From positions 224,001 through 288,000 of the forward strand of contig CAVXPZ010000004.1 in assembly GCA_963763775.1 (NCBI GenBank): a stretch of DNA of 64,000 bases, written 5' to 3'. Below the pieces are notes generated by a model that saw only the letters and a program-made list of their open reading frames with translations, was not told the DNA's origin and did not search any database. This DNA is from an uncultured Chloroflexia bacterium (GTDB taxonomy: Bacteria > Chloroflexota > Limnocylindria > Limnocylindrales > CSP1-4). A program made the translations under genes and the position numbers. Positions 9,730 to 19,111 of the stretch are shown here, piece by piece; within the stretch, counting starts at the first letter, position 1, and each line of letters starts with the position of its first letter.

Positions 9730-11515
9730 TCAGCGTCCGATCGCGGACGTCGGCGAGCCGGCGGGTCGAGCGGACTCGTCGCGGATGATCTCGACGCGCC
9801 CGGCAGTCCCGTCGAGCCGGAGACGGTCCCCGGTCACGATCCGCTGCGTCGCGACCGACGTGCCGATGACCGCGGGGATCCCGAACTCGCGGGCGAGGAC
9901 AGCCGGGTGCGAGGTGGTACCGCCGGTATCGGTGACGAGTCCGGCGATCTTCGTGAAGAGCACGACCCACGCCGGGTTCGTCATCTGGCAGACGAGGATG
10001 TCTCCCTCGCGGACGTCGTCGAACTCGTCGACGGTCCGCACGACCCGCGCGATCCCCTCGACCGTGCCCGCGGACCCGCCGATCCCGGTGATGACCCGCT
10101 GGTCCTCGGATTGCCGCTGGTAGAACCGGTCCGGATACCCCCAGTTCACGAGATACGGGAACGCGAGCTGCGAGGACGTCACGGTGCCCACCCAGTCGCG
10201 CGGGTGCAGCCGTTGGGCCGCCTCGCGCTCCTCGCGGCGCGCGGCGACGATCCCGCGGGCGTCGATCGCGGTCGGGCTCCCGATGAGGGCTCGCAGCTCG
10301 TTGTAGCGGAGGAACATCACGTCGTCGGGCTGGTCGAGCACGTCCGGCCGCGACCAGTTTGTCGCCGACGGTCAGCAGCACCAGGCGCAGGTGCGCGTTG
10401 GCCCCTTGGTCGATGTAGAAGTGATGATCCGGGGTCAGCGGCGCCATCCGGAGGTTGACCTCGTTGGCGGCCCGCATCTCGTCGAGGGCCGTGCCGGACA
10501 GGCCCTCGAGGATCTCCCGTGACGCCGCCTCGATGTCGAGCCGCATCGCCTCGATCGCGCTCGGGTAGTCGTAGTCCGAGACGAGATAGCCGCGGACGAG
10601 CTCGAGGATCGGCTCCATCTGTTCGCGGGCGGTCGGGAAGATGAACTCGTGGCTCCAGACGGCGTGCCAGCCGAACTCGCGCTGGTAGGGCTCGATCCGC
10701 TCGGTGATGAACCGCTGGCCGCGGGCGCTCGCCCGGAGCGACCCGGCGATCCTGTCGACGTCGTCGGGGGCGAACGCCGCGCGGAGCTCCGGGTCGTCGC
10801 CGACCTCGTCCTTCATCCGCCACAGGGCCTCGATCGAGTCCCAGTTGCGATCCGACGCCGAGTTCTGGAGTCGCCCCAGCAAGGCCTCGTCCACCGAGCC
10901 GCGGGTCTTCTCCATGACCGCACGCAGGTTCAATGTCGCCGAGAGCTGCGCGAAGTTGAGCATCCAGTGGATCTTCCAGTGGCGGTCGTGGACGTCGATG
11001 GCGTCCTCCAGGAGGCACGCGGCGTCGGCCAGGTCCATCTCGTCGGCGGCGTCGAGGCGGGCTTCGAGGAACGCGAAGTTGCGCTCCATCTCGGGCCGCA
11101 GCCGGTCGCGCCACCAGTCGGCGAAGTCGCGGCCGTACACCGGGAGCACGGCGTCGAGATAGGCGCCCATCGTGGTCGCGAACGCCGCGTCGCGCGGCAC
11201 GCGCGCCACATAACTGGCGCTGTACTCGGTGCCCTCGATGCGGAGTCCCGGGTCCGCCGGGATGGCCGTCGTGTACACATAGCCGTTGACGTTCTTGGCC
11301 AGCCAGTCCACCGCGAACGGCGTCCCGAAGCGCCGGAACATGTGGTCGCAGCTGAGCCACCAGCCGCCGATGTCGAAGAACATGGGGCTGACGGGATGCG
11401 GGATGTGCAGGTCGTCGTAGACCCAGAAGAAGTCCTTCTCGGCATCGGACGCCCACGTCACCGGGAACGTCGCGTCCCCCAGGAACTGGCCGAGGATCTC
11501 CTCTGTCGCTGCCAC
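9730..11515 (-). CDS. PEP-utilising enzyme: helical substrate domain + C-terminal phospho-His swivel domain, no ATP-grasp (frameshift near 10345)
   Basis: C-terminal GSAGTVEG...GDILVCQMTNPAW...VTDTGGTTSHPAVLAREFGIPAVIG; PDDVMFL junction; GGAGG RBS before GTG at 11515. Confidence 0.82.
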
Positions 11516-11575
11516 GGGCCGACCCTCCAAGGTGCCACGGGGTTCGGGTTCCACGGACGTCACGTCCGGCGAGTC

Positions 11576-11588
11576 ATCGATCATCGAT
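11576..11588. promoter_or_regulatory. Palindrome ATCGAT-C-ATCGAT, candidate GntR operator
   Basis: In the divergent region between the PEP-utiliser and transaldolase, next to a TATGAT -10-like hexamer; matches 1502-1512. Confidence 0.45.
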
Positions 11589-11626
11589 TATGATAGCCGC
11601 GTCGCGGCGGCGCTCCACGAGGAGGC

Positions 11627-12751
11627 ATGGTGCTCGCTCCAGCCGAGGAAGACCTGATCGACTGCCCGATGCTTCGGACCGTCGTCGATCGCCCGACGGA
11701 CTACTGGAACGACTCGTGCTCGGTCGAGGAGCTCCGCTACGCGGTCGCCCGCGGCGCGACCGGGGCGACGTCGAACCCCAGCATCGTCCTCGAGGTCCTG
11801 CGCAAGGAGCACGCACATTGGGCCGCCCGGATCGCCGAGATGGCGGCCGCCGATCCCGCCTCGACCGAGGTCGACCTCACCTGGGCCGTGATCGAGGAGA
11901 TGGCCGTGCGCGGCGCCGCCGTGCTGGAGCCCGTCTTCGTCCGCGAGGACGGCCGCAAGGGCCGGCTTTCGCTCCAGACCGATCCGGCGAACTACCCGGA
12001 CACCGAGCGGATGCTCCAGCAGGGGCGGCGGTTCGCCACCCTCGCACCGAACATGCAGGTGAAGTTCCCGGCGACGCGGGCCGGGATCGCCGCGATCGAG
12101 GCGGCCACCGCGGCCGGCGTGAACATCAATGCCACGGTGTGCTTCACCGTCCCGCAGGCGATCGCGGTCGCCGAGGCGGTGGAGCGCGGGCTCGATGCGC
12201 TGGCCGCGAACGGCAGCGCGGGCGAGGCCGGCGTGGACGCGACCGCCCTGACGCCCGTGTGCACGATCATGGTCGGGCGTCTCGACGACTGGATGCGCGC
12301 CGTGGCCGAGCGGGACGGGATCGCCGTGCACCCCGACGCCCTGGACTGGGCCGGGATCGCCGCGTTCAAGCGCGCGTACGGGATCTTCCGTGAGCGCGGG
12401 TATCGCACGAGGCTCCTCGCGGCCGCCTACCGGCATCGTCTGCATTGGACCGAGTTCGTCGGCGGGGACGTCGTCCTGACGATGCCGCACGCCTGGCAGG
12501 AGCGGTTCAACGCCAGCGGCATCACACCAGAGGACCGGATGGACGCGCCGGTCGATCCGGGACTCGTCACCGAGTTGCTGGAGCGGATCCCGGACTTCGG
12601 CCGAGCCTATGAGCCGGACGGGATGGCGATCGCCGAGTTCGATGGCTACGGCGCCACGGTGCGGACGCTCCGCGGGTTCATCGGGTCGTATCACGAATTG
12701 GTCGGCGCGGTCCGCGACATCGTGCTGCCCGATCCCGACAAGCGGCGCTGA
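11627..12751 (+). CDS. Transaldolase family protein
   Basis: YWNDS, GATSNP, GRLSLQTDP, QVKFPAT (Schiff-base Lys), INATVCF, MVGRLDD; GAGGAGG RBS. Confidence 0.88.
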   Translation: MVLAPAEEDLIDCPMLRTVVDRPTDYWNDSCSVEELRYAVARGATGATSNPSIVLEVLRKEHAHWAARIAEMAAADPASTEVDLTWAVIEEMAVRGAAVLEPVFVREDGRKGRLSLQTDPANYPDTERMLQQGRRFATLAPNMQVKFPATRAGIAAIEAATAAGVNINATVCFTVPQAIAVAEAVERGLDALAANGSAGEAGVDATALTPVCTIMVGRLDDWMRAVAERDGIAVHPDALDWAGIAAFKRAYGIFRERGYRTRLLAAAYRHRLHWTEFVGGDVVLTMPHAWQERFNASGITPEDRMDAPVDPGLVTELLERIPDFGRAYEPDGMAIAEFDGYGATVRTLRGFIGSYHELVGAVRDIVLPDPDKRR

Positions 12752-12758
12752 AGGCCGG

Positions 12759-13557
12759 TCAGTCCGTCGGGCGGCCGGTCTCCGCCCCGGCGATCGTGCG
12801 AGCCACGCGCCGGGCGTGCTCCCGGTAGGCCGCCTCGAACAGCTCCGCCGAACGCGCCGCCCCGACCACCGCGGCGCTCGTCAACACCGGCGGCAGCTTC
12901 CCTTCGGCCTGGAGCAGCGCCGCGGTCTGGACCTTGATCTCGTTCACGATCGCCGCGTTCGCGACCGTCGATCCCGGACCGATCGGCGTGTCGAGCCCGT
13001 CGAGGCGCACGAGCGCATCCCCAGCCGGCGTGCACAGGTCGATCACGATGTCCGCGTGGTCGAGAAGCCTCGTCCCCGTCGGATGATCAGGGGGCCGCGC
13101 CATCGACTGCGCCACCGACGTCACGGCGACGACCGGCAGACCGCGAGCCTTCGCCCCCATGGCCATCTCGATCGGGACCGCGGTCAGCCCGGACGCAGAG
13201 AACACGATCATCACGTCGGCCGGGGCGAACTGGAAGTTGGCGAGGATCGCCTCCGCGAGGCCGCTCGTCCGCTCGATGAACATCGCCTGACGCTGCCCGT
13301 TGGAGCCGGCCACTTGCGTGTGGAAGGTCATCGAGAGCTCGGCGATCGGGTGGAACCCCGGGTACGAGCCGTAGCGCGGGAACATCTCCTCGAGCGGGAT
13401 GCGCGAGTGCCCGGTCCCGAAGAGGTGCACGAGGCCGTCCTGCGGCGATCGCCCGCGCGGCCAGCTCGGCGGTCCGCGCGATGGCCGGCATCTGGGTCGA
13501 CTCGATCCGGTCGAGGACGGCGCGGGCCTCGGTCAACCACGCTCCGGCGATCGACAC
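12759..13557 (-). CDS. SIS domain sugar isomerase-like protein (frameshift near 13440)
   Basis: HLFGTGHS, FSASG, VVAVTS, ADIVIDL, GPGSTV. Confidence 0.85.
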
Positions 13558-13596
13558 GCGTCCCTCCCCTGCTGGCCGTGGCCCGGCGCGCGAAGC

Positions 13597-13609
13597 TGTC
13601 TAGACAACT
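13597..13609. promoter_or_regulatory. HutC/DasR-type GntR operator TGTCTAGACA(ACT), copy 1
   Basis: Perfect 10-bp palindrome in the SIS/GntR divergent region; identical 13-mer at 16290. Confidence 0.65.
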
Positions 13610-13643
13610 CTGCCATCCTAGGCGCGCCATCATGACACCGTCA

Positions 13644-14372
13644 ATGTCGACCGACCCGACGCCCCGCTACCAGGAGATCGCCGACTACCTGCGGCGGTTG
13701 ATCTCGGCGTCCCGGCCCGGCGACCGGCTGCCGTCCGAAGCGGAGCTGTGCGAGCGATTCGGCGTGAGCCGCATGACCGTCCGCCAGGCGCTGCAGGTCC
13801 TGGCCAACGAGCACCTGCTGGTCCGCCGCCGCGGCGAGGGGACCTTCGCCGCGCCGCGCGTCGTGGCGCGACTGCTCGGATCGCCGCTCTCGTTCACCGA
13901 GAGCATGCGTCGGCGCGGCCTCCGCGCCTCGTCGAAGATGCTGCACGCGGGCTGGATCGAGCCGAGCGTCGAGGACCGCGCGGCCCTGCATCTGCCCGTC
14001 GGCAGTCGGGCGATCGTCGTCGAGCGGCTGCGACTGGCCGACGACCAGCCGATGGCGATCGAGCGGGTCGTCTCGCCGCCGACCTGCGCCGGCATCCTCG
14101 ATGACGATCTCGAGGGCGGGTCCCTGCACGACGCCTTCGAGCGGCTCGGCCGGATCCCCACCCGGGCGCAGGCTCGCGTCTCGGCGCGCCGGGCGACGGA
14201 CATCGAGCGCCGGCTGCTCGGCCTCGATCCGGACGGCGTCGTGCTGAGCGAGAAGCGCACGATCGACGACCAGGACGGGATCCCGATCGAGCGCACCGAG
14301 ACCCTGTACGCCGCCGAGCGCTACGAGTTCGAGGCGGTCCTCCAGCGCGGCACGGACGCCGAGGTCTCCTGA
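13644..14372 (+). CDS. GntR family (HutC/UTRA) transcriptional regulator
   Basis: PGDRLPSEAELCERFGVSRMTVRQAL, GEGTF, SFTESMRRRG and UTRA-like C-terminus. Confidence 0.92.
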   Translation: MSTDPTPRYQEIADYLRRLISASRPGDRLPSEAELCERFGVSRMTVRQALQVLANEHLLVRRRGEGTFAAPRVVARLLGSPLSFTESMRRRGLRASSKMLHAGWIEPSVEDRAALHLPVGSRAIVVERLRLADDQPMAIERVVSPPTCAGILDDDLEGGSLHDAFERLGRIPTRAQARVSARRATDIERRLLGLDPDGVVLSEKRTIDDQDGIPIERTETLYAAERYEFEAVLQRGTDAEVS

Positions 14373-14374
14373 CC

Positions 14375-15280
14375 GTGACGCGGCATCTCGGCCTGGATCT
14401 CGGCGGCACGAACATCAAGGTCGCGGTCCTCGAGCGCGAGGCCGACCAGCAGGCGCCGCGCCAGGTGGCCGGCTCGTCCGTGAAGACCCATGCGGAGCGC
14501 GGTCCCGACGGCGTGGCCGCGGCGATCGTCGACGCGGGACTCGCGGCGATCGACGCCCACGGGCCGATCGCCACGATCGGGGTGGGGATCCCCGGCCTGT
14601 TCGACCGTGCGACGGGCCAGATCACCCTCTTCCCGAACTTCCCTGGGCCGTGGACGGGCTACCCGCTCCGCGACCGGCTGACCGACGGCCTCGGGATGCC
14701 GGTGACGTTCATCAACGACGCCCGGGCGCACACGCTCGCGGAGGCGCGGATGGGTGCCGGGCTCGGCGTGTCGACGATCGCGATGCTGACGCTCGGGACG
14801 GGGATCGGCGGCGGCCTCGTCATCGACGGGAAGCTGCACCTCGGCGCCACCGGGACCGGCGGCGAGATCGGGCATCAGACCGTCCATGACGGCGGGCGGC
14901 AGTGCGGCTGCGGCAATCGCGGCTGCGCCGAACCCTATGCGCAGGCCGGGGCGTTGATGGCGGCGGCGGGGCGCACCTCCGTCGAGGCCGTGTTCGAAGG
15001 GGCGGCGGCCGGCGACGAACGATGCCAGGCGGCGATCGACACCGCCGTCGATGCGCTCGGGATCGCGATCGGCAACATCGTCACGGTGCTCGTCCCGGAT
15101 CGTGTCGTCATCGGCGGCGGCATCTCCGAGGCGGGCGAGCGGATCATGGCCCCGTTGCGGGCCGCGGTGGCACGTCGCACGCCGTTCGTGCCGGCCGGCG
15201 GGCTGGACCTGCGGCTCGCCGAACTCGGACCCGGCGCCGGGGCGATCGGGGCCGCGCTCGCGGGGGCCGAGGCGAGCTAG
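14375..15280 (+). CDS. ROK family sugar kinase
   Basis: GLDLGGTNIK, GIPG, NDARA, LGTGIGGG, EIGH, CGCGNRGC.E. Confidence 0.92.
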   Translation: MTRHLGLDLGGTNIKVAVLEREADQQAPRQVAGSSVKTHAERGPDGVAAAIVDAGLAAIDAHGPIATIGVGIPGLFDRATGQITLFPNFPGPWTGYPLRDRLTDGLGMPVTFINDARAHTLAEARMGAGLGVSTIAMLTLGTGIGGGLVIDGKLHLGATGTGGEIGHQTVHDGGRQCGCGNRGCAEPYAQAGALMAAAGRTSVEAVFEGAAAGDERCQAAIDTAVDALGIAIGNIVTVLVPDRVVIGGGISEAGERIMAPLRAAVARRTPFVPAGGLDLRLAELGPGAGAIGAALAGAEAS

Positions 15281-15319
15281 CAACCTCGCGGGCGCCGCGG
15301 CGCGCCGGCTCGCCCGTCC

Positions 15320-15493
15320 GGCCCTTAGTCACCGGGCGACTGCTATTCCCGGCCCGGGCCGTCGCTGCGCCGGCAGCCGCGCCCTTCCGGTGCCTTCCAT
15401 GCAGCGTGATGCATCGGAGGCGCCGATCCAGCGGCAAGAGAAGCCCCAGTGACGCCCGGTCCCGGCGTAGCAGTCAGGTAGTGACTAGGCGCC
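15320..15493 (+). ncRNA. Rod-shaped structured RNA, 6S RNA-like
   Basis: Nested pairings CTTAGTCAC/GTGACTAGG, GACTGCTA/TAGCAGTC, CCGGGC/GCCCGG, GTCGCTG/CAGTGAC, central bubble, GCCGC/GCGGC, CGGTGCCTTC/GGAGGCGCCG, ATGC/GCAT; four G-U pairs favour + strand; ~174 nt between convergent genes. Confidence 0.55.
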
Positions 15494-15539
15494 ACAGATC
15501 GAGCGGACTCGCCCCGGGCCGGCCCACCCTCCACCGACC

Positions 15540-16259
15540 TCAACGAGCCGCGGCGGCCTCGGTGGCGGCCTTGCGGGCCACGAACTCGTCGAGCATCTCG
15601 GCCGTCTTGGTGGCCCCCGACCGATCCGCGCCGGCATCCATGACCTCGATCAGGGCATCGAGGGTGCGAACGCCGCCCGCGGCCTTGACCTTGACCTTCG
15701 GCGAGACGCTCGCACGCATGAGGCGCAGGTCCTCGAGCGTCGCCCCGCTCGGCGCGAACCCGGTGGACGTCTTCACGTAGTCGGCACCGGCCCGCTCGAC
15801 CGCCTGGCATCCGCGCACGATCTCGTCCTTGGTCAGATAGGCGTTCTCGAGGATGACCTTGACGATGGCCCGGCCACCCACGGCGTCGACGACGGCCCGG
15901 ATGTCGGCCTCGACCTCCGCGTCCATCCCGGACCGGAGCCAGCCGATGTTGATCACCATGTCGAGCTCGGTCGCGCCATCCCCGAGCGCGCGGATCGATT
16001 CGAAGACCTTCGTCTGGGTCTTGTGCGCACCGTGCGGGAAGCCGATGACGGTCCCCACCGCGACGTCGGAGTCGGCGAGCAGTCCCGCGCAGAGGACGAC
16101 GTCGGCGGGGCGGGCGCAGACGGAGGCGACGTGATACCGGGCCGCGATCTCGCAGCCTTCCCGGACCTCGTCGAGGGTCAGCTCGGGCCGCAACAGGGAG
16201 TGGTCGATGGTCTTGGCGACCCGCTCATAGGTCAAGTCGTCGATGGTGAGGGTGCTCAT
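15540..16259 (-). CDS. deoC: Deoxyribose-phosphate aldolase
   Basis: IDHSLLRP, VIGFPHG, ELDMVIN, KVILENAYL, YVKTSTGF, KAAGGVRT. Confidence 0.93.
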   Translation of the reverse strand: MSTLTIDDLTYERVAKTIDHSLLRPELTLDEVREGCEIAARYHVASVCARPADVVLCAGLLADSDVAVGTVIGFPHGAHKTQTKVFESIRALGDGATELDMVINIGWLRSGMDAEVEADIRAVVDAVGGRAIVKVILENAYLTKDEIVRGCQAVERAGADYVKTSTGFAPSGATLEDLRLMRASVSPKVKVKAAGGVRTLDALIEVMDAGADRSGATKTAEMLDEFVARKAATEAAAAR

Positions 16260-16289
16260 GGTGCCCATGATGCCAGCCTTGACCAGAGA

Positions 16290-16302
16290 TGTCTAGACAA
16301 CT
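16290..16302. promoter_or_regulatory. GntR operator TGTCTAGACA(ACT), copy 2, upstream of deoC
   Basis: Identical to 13597-13609. Confidence 0.65.
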
Positions 16303-16312
16303 TCCCGCTCAG

Positions 16313-17137
16313 TCAGCCGGGATGGCGGTGGCCCGCCTCGGTCACGCTCCACCCGCCGTCCACCGCGATCCGCTGCCCCGTGATGTGGCGCGCCTCGTCG
16401 GAGAGCAGGAACAGGGCGGCATCGGCCACGGACTCGGCCGGCAGGAAGCCGCCGGCGAGCGGCTGCTTGCCGGCGGCGTAGGCCGCCGTGACGGGATCGG
16501 CCTGGGCCCGCGTCGACATCGGCGTCGCGACGAGCCCGGGGGCCAGCGCATTGACGCGGATCCCGTGCGGCGCGTAGTAGGCGGCCATCGTCCGCGCCAG
16601 CGAGTCCTCCGCCCCCTTGATCGCGGCATAGGCGTGCGTGGCGAACAGGTCGGGGACGGGGTCGCTGGCCAGGACGCTCGTGACGATCACGATCGAGCCG
16701 CCCGCCGCACGGCCGTGGCCGTCGCTCGGCAGGTCGAGCATCGCCCGCACGACCTCGCGGGCCGCCAGGAAGGCGGGGAGGCCGTTCAACGCGAGCGTCT
16801 CGGTCCATCCCGCCATCGTGATCTCGTGCAGCGGGCCGTCACCGAACCGTCGGCCCGAACCGCCGGCGACCGCGAAAAGGCCATCGATCCGGCCATACGT
16901 GGTGCGGGCGCTCGCGACCGCGGCGACGGTGGCGGCTTCGTCACGGAGGTCGGCCGTCGCAGAGGCGGCGCGGCCACCGGACCGTTCGATGCCGCCGACC
17001 AGGTCGGCGCACGCGGCGGCATCCCGGCCGATCACGAAGACCGCGGCGCCCTCGGCCGCGAACCGCCGTGCCCCGGAGGCCGCGATCCCGCTGGCACCGG
17101 TCACGACGACCACGCGATGTGCGAGCCGATCACCCAT
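16313..17137 (-). CDS. SDR family oxidoreductase
   Basis: VTGASGIA, YAAIK, GIRVNALAPG, ITGQRIAVDGG. Confidence 0.9.
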   Translation of the reverse strand: MGDRLAHRVVVVTGASGIAASGARRFAAEGAAVFVIGRDAAACADLVGGIERSGGRAASATADLRDEAATVAAVASARTTYGRIDGLFAVAGGSGRRFGDGPLHEITMAGWTETLALNGLPAFLAAREVVRAMLDLPSDGHGRAAGGSIVIVTSVLASDPVPDLFATHAYAAIKGAEDSLARTMAAYYAPHGIRVNALAPGLVATPMSTRAQADPVTAAYAAGKQPLAGGFLPAESVADAALFLLSDEARHITGQRIAVDGGWSVTEAGHRHPG

Positions 17138-17176
17138 GGCCCATGTCTACCACACGGCGGCCGGCATCGCCCGCCG

Positions 17177-19111
17177 CTACACCCCTGCGGCGAGCGCGGA
17201 CAGGTCGTACAAGGCGCCGTTGCCGACGCCCTCGACGAGCGTGCCGTTCGCGGTGACCCACGACGAGACGTCCGACGAGCCGCCCCGGCCGCCGGGACCG
17301 CCGCGCCCGCCGAGGAGCACGTATCGGAGCTGGCCGCTCGCGACGTCGGCTTGCAGCTGGGCCAGGGTCGGTGCCGGGTCGCTCCCCGAGAACCCGCCCA
17401 TCGCCATCACCGGCAGCCCGGTCGCGAGCTCGATCGAGCCCGCCTCATCCGCACCGCTCACCGCGACGATCCACGTCGCGCCACCCTGGTTGGCGACGAG
17501 GTAAGAGGTCAGCGCATCGTCGACGGTGGTCCCGCCACCCGGCCCGCCGCCCGCGAACGTGCCCCCGCCACCGGGCCCGCCGAAGCCGGAGCCGGCGACC
17601 GCCGGTCCCGCCGAGGGATCGCCGCCGCCGAGGGCCGTGCCCATCGTGTCGATCGCATACGCCGCGGGACCGGCGAGCAGCACCGCGACGCCGAGGACAC
17701 CAGCCGCGGCAGCCGTCCGTGGTGAGGCATGCCGGGCCGGCACCGCGAGCACGATCGCGACGATGCCGCCGACCACGAGGATGGCGACGCCGAGACCGGG
17801 CGCGAAGTCCGGCGTGCGTGCCAGGAGCTCGAAGGCCCAGGCGGCCGACCCGAGGACGACTGCACCGAGGGCGATCCCGCCCCACACCGACCGGGCGCGG
17901 ATCCGCCAGAGCTCGACCAGTCCGGCGCCGACGAGGGCGCCGATGGCCGGGGCCATCACGACCGTGTAGTAGGAGTGGATGATCCCGGACATGAAGCTGA
18001 AGACCACGACGTGCGTGGCCAGCCAGCCGCCCCACAACAGGTAGCCGGCCCGACGGAGGTCGGTCCGGGGGGCGCGGCGCGACACCCACAGTCCGAGTCC
18101 CGTCGCTCCGGCGGCGAGCGGCAGGAGCCAGCTCACCTGGCCGCCGAGCTGCGCGTTGAAGAGTCTCAGCAGGCCGGGCACGCCGGAGAACCCGCCTCCC
18201 CCGCCAGGACCGCCGCCACCCGGGCCGCCGCCGGCGCCACCGCCCTGGCCGAAGATGCGCCCGAGCCCGTCGTAGCCGAGCAGCAGGTCGACGACGGAGT
18301 TGGTCTGGCTGCCACCGATGAACGGCCGGGCGCTGGCCGGAAGCAGTTCCACGACCGCGACCCACCAACCACTCGCGAGGATGACCGTCACCAACGCGAC
18401 GGCGAGTCCGGCCACGCGGCGGCGCAGCGAGACCGGGGCCGCCACGAGCCAGACGAGCGCAAAGGTCGGCAGCACCAGGTACGCCTGCAGGTACTTGGTG
18501 AGGAAGGCCGCGCCGACGAGGGTCGCGGCCAGCACGACCCAGCGGAGCCGGCCGGCATCGAGGGAGCGGAGCAACGCGTAAGCGGCCACGACCAGGAGCA
18601 GGGTGAGCAGGGCGTCGGGGTTGTCGTATCGGAAGATCAGCACCGCGGCCGGCGTGAGCGCGCACACGAGACCGGCGATGATCGCGGCCACCGAGCCGAA
18701 CGACCGGCGGACCGCGGCCATCAGCACCGCGACCGTCGCGACACCGGCGAGCGCCTCCGGCAGGAGGATGCTCCACGAGGACAGGCCGAACAGCCGGACC
18801 GACAGCCCGATGAGCATCGTGCCGAACGGCGGCTTGTCGACGGTGATGAAGTTCGCGGCGTCGATCGAACCGAAGAACCACGCGGACCAGCTCTGCGCCC
18901 CCGAGAGCGCCGCCGCCGAGTAGTACGTGTTCGCGTACCCGCTGACCGTCAGGTTGACGATGTACAGCACCGCGGCCAACGCGATGACCCCGAGCGTGGC
19001 GGGAAGGACCCACGCCGCGTCGTCGGCGCGGACACCCGTCAGCCGGGCGAGGACGGCCCGGGGCCGCCGGTCGGCGACACCCCGGATGTCTGGCCGGGTG
19101 ATGGCGGTCAT
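17177..19111 (-). CDS. Glycosyltransferase family 39 (ArnT/YkcB-like) membrane protein
   Basis: GYANTYYSAA, FITVDKPP, RYDNPDALL, many TM segments, Gly-rich linkers, PVMAMGGFSGSDP. Confidence 0.88.
   Translation of the reverse strand: MTAITRPDIRGVADRRPRAVLARLTGVRADDAAWVLPATLGVIALAAVLYIVNLTVSGYANTYYSAAALSGAQSWSAWFFGSIDAANFITVDKPPFGTMLIGLSVRLFGLSSWSILLPEALAGVATVAVLMAAVRRSFGSVAAIIAGLVCALTPAAVLIFRYDNPDALLTLLLVVAAYALLRSLDAGRLRWVVLAATLVGAAFLTKYLQAYLVLPTFALVWLVAAPVSLRRRVAGLAVALVTVILASGWWVAVVELLPASARPFIGGSQTNSVVDLLLGYDGLGRIFGQGGGAGGGPGGGGPGGGGGFSGVPGLLRLFNAQLGGQVSWLLPLAAGATGLGLWVSRRAPRTDLRRAGYLLWGGWLATHVVVFSFMSGIIHSYYTVVMAPAIGALVGAGLVELWRIRARSVWGGIALGAVVLGSAAWAFELLARTPDFAPGLGVAILVVGGIVAIVLAVPARHASPRTAAAAGVLGVAVLLAGPAAYAIDTMGTALGGGDPSAGPAVAGSGFGGPGGGGTFAGGGPGGGTTVDDALTSYLVANQGGATWIVAVSGADEAGSIELATGLPVMAMGGFSGSDPAPTLAQLQADVASGQLRYVLLGGRGGPGGRGGSSDVSSWVTANGTLVEGVGNGALYDLSALAAGV

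Noticed and set aside
3295-11515. Canonical PPDK, PEP synthase or rifampin phosphotransferase
   Set aside because: No pyruvate-binding barrel in either protein, and no single polypeptide with the ATP-grasp/substrate/His order of RPH
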